Source: Patellaria atrata CBS 101060 (lineage: Eukaryota). Taken from it: DNA of 64,000 nt. The stretch is from positions 766,004-830,003 of the forward strand of contig MU006096.1 in the NCBI GenBank assembly GCA_010093705.1, given 5' to 3'. Within the stretch, counting starts at the first letter, position 1. Each line of letters opens with the position of its first letter. Made by a program: the position numbers and the translations under genes. The notes beneath the pieces were generated by a model, which saw only the letters and a list, made by a program, of their open reading frames with translations, was not told the DNA's origin and made no database searches. Positions 49,022-61,362 of this stretch are shown here, piece by piece.

Positions 49022-51013
49022 ATGGCGGACATATTCTTTCCTCCTTATACAAGTGGGAACACAAAAATAAACCCAGAGTTCAGCCACGTTAGATCCAGGT
49101 CCTCAGTATCTCTCCGCCATTTCATACGGCATAAGTACCCCATTTGCGATTTCTTTGTGTCTCCTGGGCACACTTGGCTTGAAAGAAAGAAGATAGAACA
49201 AACCGCGCTCACCGTACAACCTATCCTCATCAATATCTCAGTTACGAGGTTGAAACATAAGCGATTCAAGTTACGTCGAGTAGAGATATGGGACGGGCAT
49301 CATAGACTTCTTGCAGCATTGCAATCATGTGGACCCCACGCAACTCTTCATAACTGTGTATCTTGGCTTAGTGGCGAGCGAGATGTCGCAAAAAGAGGCA
49401 GCGTCGCAGTGATTCTAATAAACTGCCGGACAGTGACGAAAGAGTTGTATGAACAATGGGTGAAATTATCAGGACTCCTTTTGCACTATCCATTAGCAGA
49501 AGCTCTGGTTCCTGCTCCTGGGTTTATGCCTGAGCCATACACCGTAAAGTTAGATCAAAGAGTCTCTACCATAGGGGACGAGTCTCGTTTAGGAGAAACA
49601 AATTTTTTTAGCGGAGATTCTGATATTGCTCGACTTGGATTATTCTTTGGTTCATTCGATCCAATCCACAACGGACATCTTGATATAATGGACTATCTCC
49701 TGAAAGAAAACACTCTGGAGATTATTGTCCTTATTCCAAACATGGAGGCGGTCAACAAGTCTTTCCACACTTCTCGATTCCATCGGATTGCCCTTATGAA
49801 GTTAGCCCTTGGGTCTTTGACCCGGCAGTATCCGGGTAGAATTTTCATATTCCTTCGAAATACCAATTGGGTGGGTTCCATGGAAGTACGTGAAGCATTC
49901 ATGGAAGGTATAGCTCAAGTGTTTGGAATTCCCCATAGATCTATTTACCACATTGAAGGCTTCGAAGCACAGAAGCCATTCTTAGGCCTCTTCCCCTCCA
50001 TTGTTCTTCCCAGAGCGACCGATGCTCTCACAGAGCATGCGATAGCAGGTATTCATCCGCGTTCGAAAGTTGATCGATTCTTCCAGGACCGGTGGAATCT
50101 AAGTTCTTCAGCTATCCGCCGATGGCTTCAGCTTTACCGGATCCCACATCCAAGCATCCGCAGTCCTGCAGTCGAACCATTCGTTGCGGCAGCTCTCCCG
50201 GCCACAGTAAAGCTATACATCGAGAGCAACCAGCTCTATCTGACGGAAATTCCCTTCTTCAATCTGAAGCCCAAGATACTTCCATCGGCGGATTTTGTCC
50301 CTCAACATCATAACACAGATGTATCTGATGTATCACTCACTAGTTACCTCCTGACGACTGGCACAGCCGCTCGTATCACTGCTTTCCGCACCCAAGCGGC
50401 ACACCTCAATCTTGCGATCTCCGAGACCCTGCTTTTTCATGGAAACTCTATCAACGTTTGCCCCAACGGCCTCATCACCCATAACTCTGCGTATCTGACA
50501 CCCTCACGCGGCTATCTAAACCCGACACATAGTCCTCATGCATCCTCTATCCGTCTCTCCCCTTCTCTCCCTTATCCCGTCACGAACTTTGAGCTTGCAT
50601 GCTATCTTTCGCACCATCAAATTTGGGCTGCTTCTTTCTGGTGCGGATCGCCACATGTCCTAATCGCCGAAGACCGAGCCGTCTTCACCTCTAACTTTGC
50701 AACGCGACTTAAAGCCGTACTGCCGGAGCTCGCTAAACTAGACTACTCACTGTGTTACCTGTACAGTCGGCCATCGGCACCGGCGCTGAGGAAAGCGGGA
50801 GATGGTGAGTTACTGCTAACAGCGTATGTGGTCAGTCGACTGGGTCTGCAGGTACTGCTAGGGAAAGCATTCCCGGTAAGGAGACCGGTAGATTGGTATG
50901 TGAAAGAGACTTTGAGTAAAGAGGGCAAGAACCCGGGGATATATGCGGCGTCTTTGGTTGAGAGAAATGAGGAGCTCGTTACTACGATTCCGAAGGTGTC
51001 GCATAATTGGTGA
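49022..51013 (+). CDS. Multidomain protein: ParB/Srx-like + HIGH-class nucleotidyltransferase (NadD-like) + GT25-like glycosyltransferase
   Basis: IWDGHHRLLAAL; LFFGSFDPIHNGHL...LSSSAIRR; ELACYLSHHQIW...HVLIAED. Intronless, 663 aa. Confidence 0.7.
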   Translation: MADIFFPPYTSGNTKINPEFSHVRSRSSVSLRHFIRHKYPICDFFVSPGHTWLERKKIEQTALTVQPILINISVTRLKHKRFKLRRVEIWDGHHRLLAALQSCGPHATLHNCVSWLSGERDVAKRGSVAVILINCRTVTKELYEQWVKLSGLLLHYPLAEALVPAPGFMPEPYTVKLDQRVSTIGDESRLGETNFFSGDSDIARLGLFFGSFDPIHNGHLDIMDYLLKENTLEIIVLIPNMEAVNKSFHTSRFHRIALMKLALGSLTRQYPGRIFIFLRNTNWVGSMEVREAFMEGIAQVFGIPHRSIYHIEGFEAQKPFLGLFPSIVLPRATDALTEHAIAGIHPRSKVDRFFQDRWNLSSSAIRRWLQLYRIPHPSIRSPAVEPFVAAALPATVKLYIESNQLYLTEIPFFNLKPKILPSADFVPQHHNTDVSDVSLTSYLLTTGTAARITAFRTQAAHLNLAISETLLFHGNSINVCPNGLITHNSAYLTPSRGYLNPTHSPHASSIRLSPSLPYPVTNFELACYLSHHQIWAASFWCGSPHVLIAEDRAVFTSNFATRLKAVLPELAKLDYSLCYLYSRPSAPALRKAGDGELLLTAYVVSRLGLQVLLGKAFPVRRPVDWYVKETLSKEGKNPGIYAASLVERNEELVTTIPKVSHNW

Positions 51014-51834
51014 GAGGGGGATTATCTTGGTGATACGCAAATGGACAACTGAATAAGCTGAGCGTTATTCGTGGTGATATAATGGAAAACTTAAGGAAGA
51101 ATAGGATCTAAATTGCTCTAGTAGTAGGCGAGGTGAAAATAAACCTCTCATATCGAAGGAGAAAATGTTCTACTTCATATAATAAGACAAATACTATGGT
51201 TCAATTTATCAAGTGATAGAACACCACTTCAACGGCCAGTTGAGAACTTCGTCGACCGAGTCCCTATACTTACGGGTACATATTGAAAGACCACGTTAAA
51301 GCGAGCTTCATCGTAAGAAATAAATTTCGTTATCTGGCTGCTCTACTGTGCTAGGATACAGATCAAAAGCACTTCTGACTCACTGGGAGCAGAAGCCAAA
51401 TTCGTGACCAGAAACAAATATCTACGGAAATCGAACAAATGGGAACATGAAGAATAGTTTCCGAATGTGTGCATGGCTAGTGGACAGAACCACTGAGAAT
51501 TAATTTAGGTTTGTCGTGGGAAAAGGAGGAGATGTCGTTAGATTTGGGAAGAGAAGGGATCTTCGCGCTACTTCCAAAAGAGGTCTAGTTCAACTCAGTG
51601 TTCTCTATCGAGTACCTCTTCTTCTCTATTTCTAATGATATGGCATCGAACGAGATTCTTGTGTTGCCGTGTCTTTCATCTCCACGAGACTTTACGGAGA
51701 GAAATGCGAAGTATTGTTCCGTTTCAGATGAAATGGTTGTAGTCAACCTCCACGTGATCTAGGGGTTGAAACTTCAAAGTCGGAGAGATAAAACAGTCTC
51801 CTAAAACCTCAAAATTCTCTACCGGGCATCAAAA

Positions 51835-53275
51835 ATGGCTGCAATGAATTTTATCAGAGATTTATTTGTGAACTCAAGGCATACGCGTTGGATATCGCCG
51901 CTCCTCCTTATTGCCGACGCGGCGCTTTGTGGACTCATCATATGGAAAATTCCATGTAAACACTCCCGAATATTTTGATATAACCATCAATATCATCTAA
52001 ATGTCCATATTTCTGATATACCATAGATACCGAAATCGACTGGCGAGCATACATGGAGCAGGTCTCCCAATATCTAGCCGGTGAACGCGATTATTTCAAG
52101 ATCAAAGGCGGTACTGGTCCATTAGTATATCCAGGATTACACGTGCAAATCTATCGAGCTCTTTACTCTATTACGGATGAAGGCAGAGATATTCGACTTG
52201 CGCAAGGCATCTTTGGACTACTCTATCTCGCCACTTTGGCGGCTGTGATGCTATGTTACCGACAAGCTAAGGTATGATAGTCTCTACTAAGAACTTGATA
52301 TCATAGTAATATGGAATGAGTTTCTGAGATTTATAGGCGCCACCATATGTTTTCCCACTTTTAGTATTATCGAAGCGTTTGCATAGCATCTACGTTCTAA
52401 GGTGTTTCAATGATTGCTTCGCCGTGTTCTTTCTGTGGACAGCCATTTACCTTTATCAAAAGCGTATGTATACTGCTGGCTCCATTCTCTATTCCTGCGG
52501 ACTAGGTGTGAAAATGAGCGTCCTACTGGTACTACCCACGATGGGAATGATATTCCTACAGGTAATGGGAAGGGAAAGAGCAACGACTCAAGCTATGTTA
52601 ATAGGCCAAATGCAGGTAAGGAACAACTGAATGCCACCCACAATGAAGAGATACTAACGTATAAAGGTACTCTTTGGACTTGAATTCTTAAAATCGAATA
52701 CGACAAGCTACATGTCACGTGCATTCGAGTTCACCCGACAATTCCTGTACAAATGGACAGTCAATTGGCGTTTCATTTCCGAAGATACATTTCTGTCTAA
52801 GCCTTTTGCGTATGGTCTACTGATAGCTCATCTTTGGCTACTCATACTTTTTGCGTCCACAAGGTGGAACAAACCATCGAAAAGATCTCTCCCAGACATA
52901 TTCCGCATGATCATCAAGCAGCCCTCTGTGCCCGAGGAATGGGAAATCACCAAACGTGTGACACCTCAATTTATTTTGACGTCCTTGCTCACGGCCAACG
53001 CCATTGGTATGCTATGTGCCAGATCTTTACATTATCAGTTCTACTCGTGGTTAGCGTGGGGCACGCCTTTTCTATTATGGAGGACAGGCTTCCATCCAAT
53101 TGTACAGTATGCATTATGGGGGGCGCAGGAGTGGGCATGGAATGTATATCCCAGCACGTCAGCAAGCTCGATGGTTGTGGTGGGTGTACTTGGAGTTACT
53201 GTTGGTGGTGTGTGGTGGGGAACCAGCGAGGACTTCGAGGACGCACCAAAAACCGAGCATCAGCATGTTGAATAA
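51835..53275 (+). CDS. ALG3: Dol-P-Man:Man5GlcNAc2-PP-Dol alpha-1,3-mannosyltransferase (4 exons)
   Basis: [75 protein letters not shown]. Confidence 0.96.
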
Positions 53276-53316
53276 AGGAATGTTGATACAGGTTCCTTCC
53301 CCAAAATATATGCTGC

Positions 53317-53786
53317 TCATGTCTCAGCTTCCTCCTGAGGTGGAAGTTTGCCGACCGTTGAATCTTCATCCTCACTGTCGTCCGGATATGTGGATCGTTT
53401 TACGAAGTCCTTTGGCCTATGAAGTGTTAGATAATTAAGTAAATTATTCGCAAGATCTTAGATGGAATATCATACCAATATGCCATCTTCCTCCAATCCT
53501 TTTCTTCTCTTACCACGTTCACAATCTCCCCGTCAAGCTTATTTTCACGATCTGCTAAGGCCGCCGTATCTACGAGGACGTATCCGCCCCGCTTGATCCA
53601 TATTTGTGACCGGAATCGGGAGGGTAACTCTACCAGAGCAGAGTCACCGGAGGGGAGTTCGACGGAATAGAGATTGTTACCCGTCGCTTTTACAACCCGA
53701 GCAATTGTTTCGTGCTCGGACAGCTGATCGGGAGGAGAGCAAGTTTCGTCTGCTGTAGCGAGCAAGTTACGTTTTGAACGACCCAT
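53317..53786 (-). CDS. S1-like RNA-binding protein (eIF1AD / eIF1A-domain), 2 exons
   Basis: ARVVKATGNNLYSV, LVELPSRFRSQIWIKRGGYVLV, KLDGEIVNVV, and YW|PKDF after an intron. Confidence 0.88.
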
Positions 53787-54560
53787 TGAAAGAGGATATC
53801 TAATCAACTTGTCTTTGTAGGTGGGATGTCGAACTTTGACGAAGTGTGGAGAGATGTGCAAAAGAAGAAGAGTTGCCGACCAAGGGACCCTACAGGGCAA
53901 CTTCTCCCGAACCCTGATCCTTATTCCTGCTTCTTCCTTTTCACCTCAATAAGTTTCAATTGCGATAATCTTTTCTCTCGTACTCTTTAGAAGTGAAAGT
54001 AACACGCTGAAAGCCACTGACAAGGAATTGCAAATTCGACATCTCGACACGCTTTGACTTCATTAGTTTAGAGCCCCTTGGACTTAGAAGTCGTTACGAA
54101 TCTTCATCATGAGTACCTTACCTTACGGAGAGTGTAAGGATGCTTATCAATCCCCTGCTGCGGTTGCATTTCCACTTCGAGTATTCATTCCACTCGTCAG
54201 TCTCCCAAGTCGTCATCTTTACTCTCTGATCATTGGTCTCTATGGATGAATGGGTGGGGAACCTAGGGATTTGTCATCTGCTGGCATGGTATGATCTAAT
54301 TCCCTACAGTTCAACCATTCGTTATCCATACCTAAAGTCCCTACCGCTAAGTGATATCGTTCATGATGCGCGTTCAACCAGTAGGTATAAATCATATCCA
54401 ATACCTACCAACTAAGAGTTCTTCTTTTAACAGGGTCTTGTAAACCTGAAATATCAATTCTCATTTTGTTTTCGTAGCTCTCTAGTCTAAGTACTCCACA
54501 GTCAATTCATAGCTTTCAATTCATAACTCAAGTTGTTTCCGCATTCATCCTTATCCCATC

Positions 54561-56278
54561 ATGACGTCCCATACAATAGGCGCGTTCATTGAGGTACAAC
54601 CATCGGAGTCAATTCAAAACCTCCCTCCGGTCCTTCAGAAGCCTACCAAGCAGAGTCCGACCCCAATTGAATTGGACGAACTCCAGTTTGGGCACGAATA
54701 TCATGGACCATCGCCGGCCCATGACGGATCTCATAGTACCGATACTGGTATTCAAACCCCCAAAACCCCTGGCAAACTTGAGATGAGCAGACCCGCTACT
54801 CCAGACCAAGATGACGGCGTTGCAGTTGTTCAGAGCTGGTCTAGTTCTCCAATGAATAAATGGCGGATTCTCAGTACTTGCTGGAGCTTCCTCGGTGGTG
54901 GCTTGAATGATAGTGCTCCTGGTGCTTTGATACCTTACATAGAAACGTACTATGGTATTGGCTATGCCGTTGTATCCATCATCTTCGTCACTCTGGTATG
55001 TACAATATAGGAGTCCAGTTGATTCTTTCCCCACGAAGTGTATATTAATATGTCGATACAGGCAATTGGGTTTATCACTTCTGCGTTTTTTACAGATGCA
55101 ATCTTAGCCAAATTAGGGCGAGGTAAATCCATGATGGTCGCTGAAGCCTTGATGCTCGCCAGCTACGTGGTCATCGTCTTTACTCCCCCCTTTCCTGTCG
55201 TCTGTGCTGCGTAAGATCCCTCATAAATCGCCCCCATGGAAATGTCTAATCTCCGTCAGCTTCTTCTTATGTGGTCTGGGATATGGCTCAGTTCTAGCTA
55301 TGAGCAATGTATTCATGGCCAACCTAGCGAATTCTACTCTTTTCCTTGGATTCGGCCATGGTACTTATGGAATCGGCGGTGAGTTCGTGTCTTCTGCTCA
55401 TAAAACTGTACTCAGCTGATGTGGGCAGGCGTTATCGGGCCAATTATAGCAACAACTATGGTATCTCGTGGTTTCTTATGGTCCCGATATTATTTCATAA
55501 CCATAGGGGTTAAGGCCTTCGCGATTGCTAGCGAGGGTTGGGCTTTCTGGAACTACGAGAAAGAGGAGCCTACTAGACTGCTAAATTCCCGTCAACAAGA
55601 CACTGAACAGCGTAACTCATCAGATCTTAGCGAACCGAGCAAGATACAATTACTGAGAAAAGCTCTCAAAAATCGGATGACACTTATTGGGGCCTTGTTA
55701 ATCTTCGCCTACCAGGGTGCAGAAGTCTCCATTTCTGGCTGGGTCATCTCCTTCCTGATCACATACCGTAACGGTGATCCATCTCGCGTAGGATACGTAA
55801 CGGCGGGCTTTTGGGTAAGTAAATAGTTCTTTCATGATGTGAGGACTACGTTGAGTATAAGTAGGGTGGTATTACAGTTGGCCGCTTCGTCCTGACCCAT
55901 TTTGCCTCTCGTATCGGCGAACGTAGATTCACCTATATCATGACATTAGGCACAATCGCACTTCAAATCTTTGTTTGGTTTGTACCGAATGTCATCGGTG
56001 ATGCCGTTGCAGTCTCCATATTAGGTCTATTCCTAGGCCCGGTTTATCCGGCTGCTCAAACCATTTTCGCTCGTGTCCTCCCACGGGATATTCAAACAAC
56101 TGCTATCGGGTTTATCGGCAGCGCGGGCTCTTCCGGTGGTGCCGTCGCTCCATTCTTGACCGGTTTGCTTGCTCAAGCTATCGGTACATACGTCTTACAT
56201 CCTATTTGTATCGCGCTTTTCCTAGTTATGTTAGGTTGCTTTTATATGGCACCGAGACCTGTCAAGAGGAGGGAGTAA
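54561..56278 (+). CDS. MFS transporter (Bsc6/fucose-permease-like), 5 exons
   Basis: GLNDSAPGALIPYIE, HGTYGIGGVIGP, YQGAEVSISGWV, GFWGGITVGR, LGPVYP, GSSGGAVAPF. Confidence 0.9.
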
Positions 56279-57139
56279 TTGCTCTAGCCCTAGTTACTGT
56301 TTTATACGTTAAGTGTTTATTCGATCCTTCTTCTCATGGGCTCGTATCCTCATGCATCCTTCAACGTCGAGGAAAGATGATTCAAGTCATGGACTGCATG
56401 ATGAGGTTATAGTTGAGTAGGGAATTAGGCACTACCACGCGAGGTAGAATATCCGTACAGATTAGGGGAATATTACAACTACCATCGCTTGCAAAAAGCG
56501 CATATTTACCGCACCTGGAGTTTACGGGATATCCGCATCAAGGTCAAAGGATCTTTCTGGGCCTCCAGATTTTGCATACAGCTGAGCTCGAGAAAGCGTC
56601 ATACATGTGCATCCTTTAGAAGCTTCAGCTGTAACAAAGTGAATATTTGCGTTTGGATATGTTTTACCTTGATGGTGCAATACCTGCTCGGCACGCCGTC
56701 GCGCATTAAAAAATTCCGTTGGCCGAATAGCCGAGAACTCCCCCAGACAGCCTGCCATCCCATGGTTTTGTCAGCGGCTCTAATTTATTTCCACTCATGA
56801 TTTGCTAAAGGACCTGTATATGGATAACATTTACAAAGGTCTAGTCGAATCTTGTCAGTTCTATAGTCTTTTCGTTCTTTCCTTCGCCAGAAACGCTAAT
56901 CGAATTCATCAATCGCATCTGCCGAGGATAGCACCGAAAACATGTGTAGAAGCTTCAATTAAGCCTTCAATCAAGGAGAGAATACGGAGGAAGAGCTAGG
57001 TCGAGGAGATTATATAAGGCTGTGGATATGATATTATAGAAAAATAATCAGCATCTACACAGATTTCATATTCTCTACAAAAAATTCATTTTCTCTATTT
57101 CTACAACACTCTATATCTCTACGAACAAACGCCTACACA

Positions 57140-58462
57140 ATGGTTTTCTTTCTCACCCCAAAACCAAAGACATTCCTGGACTACCAAAGAATTCTTTCTC
57201 CGACAGGCTGTCTCCCAGTCTCCCCTCTTGCTTAGGATCAAAGAACTTCGGTGAGTCTTGGTATGTTTGCATTGCATCTAGCCCCTCTGTTACCTGACAA
57301 TGTCTTCAGGGAGGGCCGGGTGTGTAGATGCAGCAAAGATACCACCTTTGAGATCCTCGACAACTTCTGGAATGCAGGAGGGAACTTCATCGATACCTCC
57401 AACAACTACCAATTCGAGGAGAGCGAAGAACGTATCGGCGAATAGATGAACCTTAGAGACAACCGCGAACAAATGGTCATAGCGACCAAATATACGAAAT
57501 ACTGGCTTGTTATGAAGAAAGATCCCCGTGTCCATTCGAGTTTCCAAGGGAATCACAGCAAAAGCTTGCGTGTGTCCGTCGAAGATAGCTTGAAGAAGTT
57601 ACAGACGAATTGCATTGACATCGTACGTTTTTCTTTTCGAACCCTTTGCTTATAAATCAATACGAGCATTTCTGTTATTGCAGCTCTACCTGCATTAGTA
57701 GGATTACTCCACTTCAATCCCAGAAGTTATGCAGTCACTCAATCCGCTTGCTACTGCCGGTAAGGTTTTGTACCTTGGTGTCAGCGACACTCCGGCTTGG
57801 GTCGTCAGCAAGGCAAACCACTATGCCCGCGACCACGGTCTCGCCCAGTTCATGATCTACCAAGGCATGTGGAACGCAGCGAACTGCGACCTCGAGCGCG
57901 ACATCATTTCCATGTGCCGGGACGAAGGTATGGCTATAGCTCCATGGAGCGCCCTCGGTAGCGGGCAATTCAAGACCGTGGAACAGAGGAAACAACCCGG
58001 CGGACGTGCGACTGGGCCAAACAGCGAGAAAGCTATCAAAATCTCCGAAGTGCTCGAAAAGATAGCGAAGGAGAAAATACTTTCATCACTAGTATTGTAA
58101 GTCGACTAACCTCATAGTAAAGCGTTATGCAATACAGCGACTGATGTGGTATCTCTTAGGCCATGGCCTACGTTCTTCACAGAGCTCCAAATGTCTTCCT
58201 CGTCATCGGCGGCCTCAACTCTGCCCACCTCCAAGGGCCCATCGATGCTCTTGGTATATCCCTCACAGAGGAGGAGTTGGAGGAAATAGATGATTCGTCT
58301 GAGTTCGATTCTTGGTTTCCACAGGCGTTCATGTTCTCTTTTTGGGGTGCCAAATACGATTCAAGGAAGAATACGAAGAACGTGATGCTGGTCCAAAATG
58401 CTTCTTGGCTCCATATACCGGAACAGGATGTTAATTATCAAGCGCCGAGGATGAACCAATAG
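57140..58462 (+). pseudogene. Aldo-keto reductase (aryl-alcohol dehydrogenase / NorA-like), disrupted
   Basis: GGNFIDTSNNYQFEESE, VIATKY, GNHSKSL, GKVLYLGVSDTPAW, YQGMWNAA. In-frame TAGs at 57443, 57696 and 57699; frameshifts near 57230 and 58075. Confidence 0.88.
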
Positions 58463-58960
58463 AAGGAGTATAGGGCTGCGCCGTTTGAGGTTATTGGTGG
58501 GGAAGATTAGATTATTGATGAGAATTTAAACCGATGATTAGGATGTTTGCTAATTCGCAGGCCAACAGAAGTGTAATGCTATTATAAGTAGACCCACGTC
58601 CAAGAGAGTTACATGACACGACGGTATCTGGAGGCTGGATTTGCGGACCGCAAGTATGGGTGTATTTCTTTCGCTAAGGTTCTCACCTAGTAGTAGATGC
58701 GTAGTTAAAATGTAAGAAAAATCTTATTCTACTAATATAATGTCAAGAAATAGGGTTTACCAGAAAGTGACTTTGTATCGAAACAAATGTATGTCTACTA
58801 AAAATCTCCTCCCTATAAATTCTCTTCGCTCCCGCTCTTCTGACTCTCGCTCAAACACTTTCAAACATCACTTGCTAAATACTAAACACGACAAACCACA
58901 AACGAATCATATCATTTCACAATTCATTCCTACCAACCTCTACCTCACACCTCAAACACA

Positions 58961-59644
58961 ATGACAGACTACTTCTCAAAGGCCACCGAGTTCTGGAACA
59001 ACCAGCCCAGCGTCCAGGCCTTCAAAGCAGACAGCTATCCTCTCGAAACAACAACAGGCCACCTGATCATCGAATGGGACACACTTCAAATAATCCCCTT
59101 CTTCCTAACCCCCTGCGTCGACGTCTGCATCTACATCTACCCTGACACCGACCCCGCCGCCTTCGCCGCCTTCATCGCGCAAGTAAACGCAACGAAGTCC
59201 CACTTCACGACCACTCTCCCCGCCTCCAACGTCGCCAAAATCGACTTCCCCAACCGCACCACCCCGCGCCATATCTACTTCTGGGCCTCGCGCGTGCTGG
59301 ACGAGCGCTGGAGCTGGCGCGAGCTCCTAGAGCGCGAGCCCTGCGCCGAGATCCGGCGGGAGTTCGAGCAGGCCAACACGGCGTTGAGGTCGAGCTGGCG
59401 GGTGGATCTGGTGACGAAGAGGCTGAAGGAGATCCCGTGGGCGCCGGAGCATGTGGGTAGAGTGCTGTATTCGGCGCCGGCGTGGGCGGGGAGGACGTGG
59501 TGGCGGAACCCGCATGAGGAGCGGTTTTATTATCATGTTAGTCATGTGCTTGCGGGGAGTGAGCTTGTGTTTGTGAGGGGGAAGGTGAGGATGGAGCCGG
59601 AGGGGAAGGAGGTGCCTTTTAAGACGAGGTTTTTGGAAGACTGA
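58961..59644 (+). CDS. Hypothetical protein, 227 aa (orphan family member 1)
   Basis: Clean ORF with strong GC3 bias; TATA-like CCTATAAAT ~150 bp upstream. Confidence 0.75.
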   Translation: MTDYFSKATEFWNNQPSVQAFKADSYPLETTTGHLIIEWDTLQIIPFFLTPCVDVCIYIYPDTDPAAFAAFIAQVNATKSHFTTTLPASNVAKIDFPNRTTPRHIYFWASRVLDERWSWRELLEREPCAEIRREFEQANTALRSSWRVDLVTKRLKEIPWAPEHVGRVLYSAPAWAGRTWWRNPHEERFYYHVSHVLAGSELVFVRGKVRMEPEGKEVPFKTRFLED

Positions 59645-60843
59645 GCGCGTGGTATCTGTGGTAGGGTAAGCCGTTGGGGGTTGTTCTTTCGCTGTGTGGG
59701 ATATTGCTGTTAGTCTATTGGGTGGATATTTCTCTTTCAGTCTTTCGGCTATTGGTCTTACTCTAGTAGTATTGGTATGGTAGCCATTAATTGAAAATTG
59801 CAAACATTTAATGTGTGCCAGATTGTATTTGAAACTTATGTGTACTTCAAGACCAAAATGAGCGTGGATGATATGATGAACGAGGAGTAATATAAGTCGG
59901 TAGAATGCTCAGTGATGCAGAAATGACAAGTTTCCTTATGGTCGATATCTCTTGTTCAGCTCCCAAATAGTCCTAGAGAAGCTATCCCCTTATTTCGAAT
60001 CCTTCAGCCATGTTGTACTAGCTTTAGATATCTCCTCAATGTGTAAGTGTGAGCTGTACAACGCAGCTCGGACTATCATCAAACAACCATTTTGCGCATT
60101 TCTACTCTTCATCCATCGCGGGACATCCGTACCTGCCACTCGTCCAAGGTTCGGAACCTGTGTGTATCCGCAGAGAGCCGCCATTGCTGCGAAAATACGA
60201 GAGCCCCGATGAGTCGGGAAGTTGTGACCCGGAAAGTATGGAGAAGGAGCGCGACTGTGGCGGTATTCAGACTAATGGGGAAGGTTTGTGCGGAAGACTT
60301 GTAATCACAGCTCTCTGAAATTGAAATCATATGTAATACCCTTCCTGAGGTATATCTGGTTGAATACTCTCACATTAACCTCTTTGAGTCCATATAGATG
60401 AGATATTTCGTCTGCAAGCACCTGTGTACTCTACAGTACAGCGGATTGAAAGGCATGAGGAAGGGACGAACATACGCAGGACTAAACTATAGAGGATATG
60501 GAGAACGGCTAATAATGAAAATTAACAATGCCTGGAAAGTGTGTAGTGGTGGGTAAACGCACAGATGCCCATAAATCTCAAATGCTCCGGGAGAGTGAAT
60601 AACGCGATACACCTCCGGTATCATCTTCATCAATGTGCGTGCTCAACTAATACCATCGTATCGGTGAATAGTGACAGTCTCCCGTGAAATTTTGCAACGA
60701 GCAGCTATATAAAGGGTCTCAATTTCGACAAAGAACCACAGAACTAACTTCCTAAAATCTCAATACACACGACAACACGCTCCTCTCCATAGAATTACGA
60801 GTCTTTGATCGTCGGCTTGCTTGTCGTTCCTTAACCCTTCGAC

Positions 60844-61362
60844 ATGACGGAACATACCAAGCACTTTGAAATGATTGTACACAAGTCGTAGTGAAAACCT
60901 AACACGAATGAGACTCCTCCATTATTGCACTTTCATCGCTACAATGCTAATTACCTTATTGATCAGAAAGATCTTATCATGGTCCGGCGGTTTAACGGCG
61001 AGAGATATATTCTAGATCCCATGGCATTTCCGAATATCAAGTTGTTCATCTACACGCGCAGTGATGGGACTGCCGAGTCCGTTGAAGACTTCTCCCAGCT
61101 ACTCAAAGTGTCGAAATATTACGGCGATGACTGGGAAAGCAGCTTGGTCGGTGAAGGCTGCTTCCTCTTTTCCAGAAATATTAATGGGAAACCAAACCGG
61201 CTCCTCTTTGTTGAGGGCACGGCAAGAAGCTCTGTGATGTGTATCGTAAATACTATTTGGGACAAGAAGTGGTTCGGTTATACCTCCCAAGACCATGTTA
61301 TCTCTGGGTACTCGATTCTCAAGCAGAGTAGCGGGTATTTATTGATGACACATTCATTTTAA
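60844..61362 (+). pseudogene. Orphan family member 2, possibly degenerate
   Basis: ATG at 60844 is in frame with ORF 60925-61362 but interrupted by TAG TGA (60889-60894), unless a 36-nt intron 60877-60912 is spliced. TATATAAAG upstream. Weak motif similarity to its neighbours. Confidence 0.45.

Noticed and set aside
49022..53275. Fusion gene and ALG3 as a glycosylation gene cluster
   Set aside because: ALG3 is a universal ER N-glycan gene; adjacency alone gives no support.
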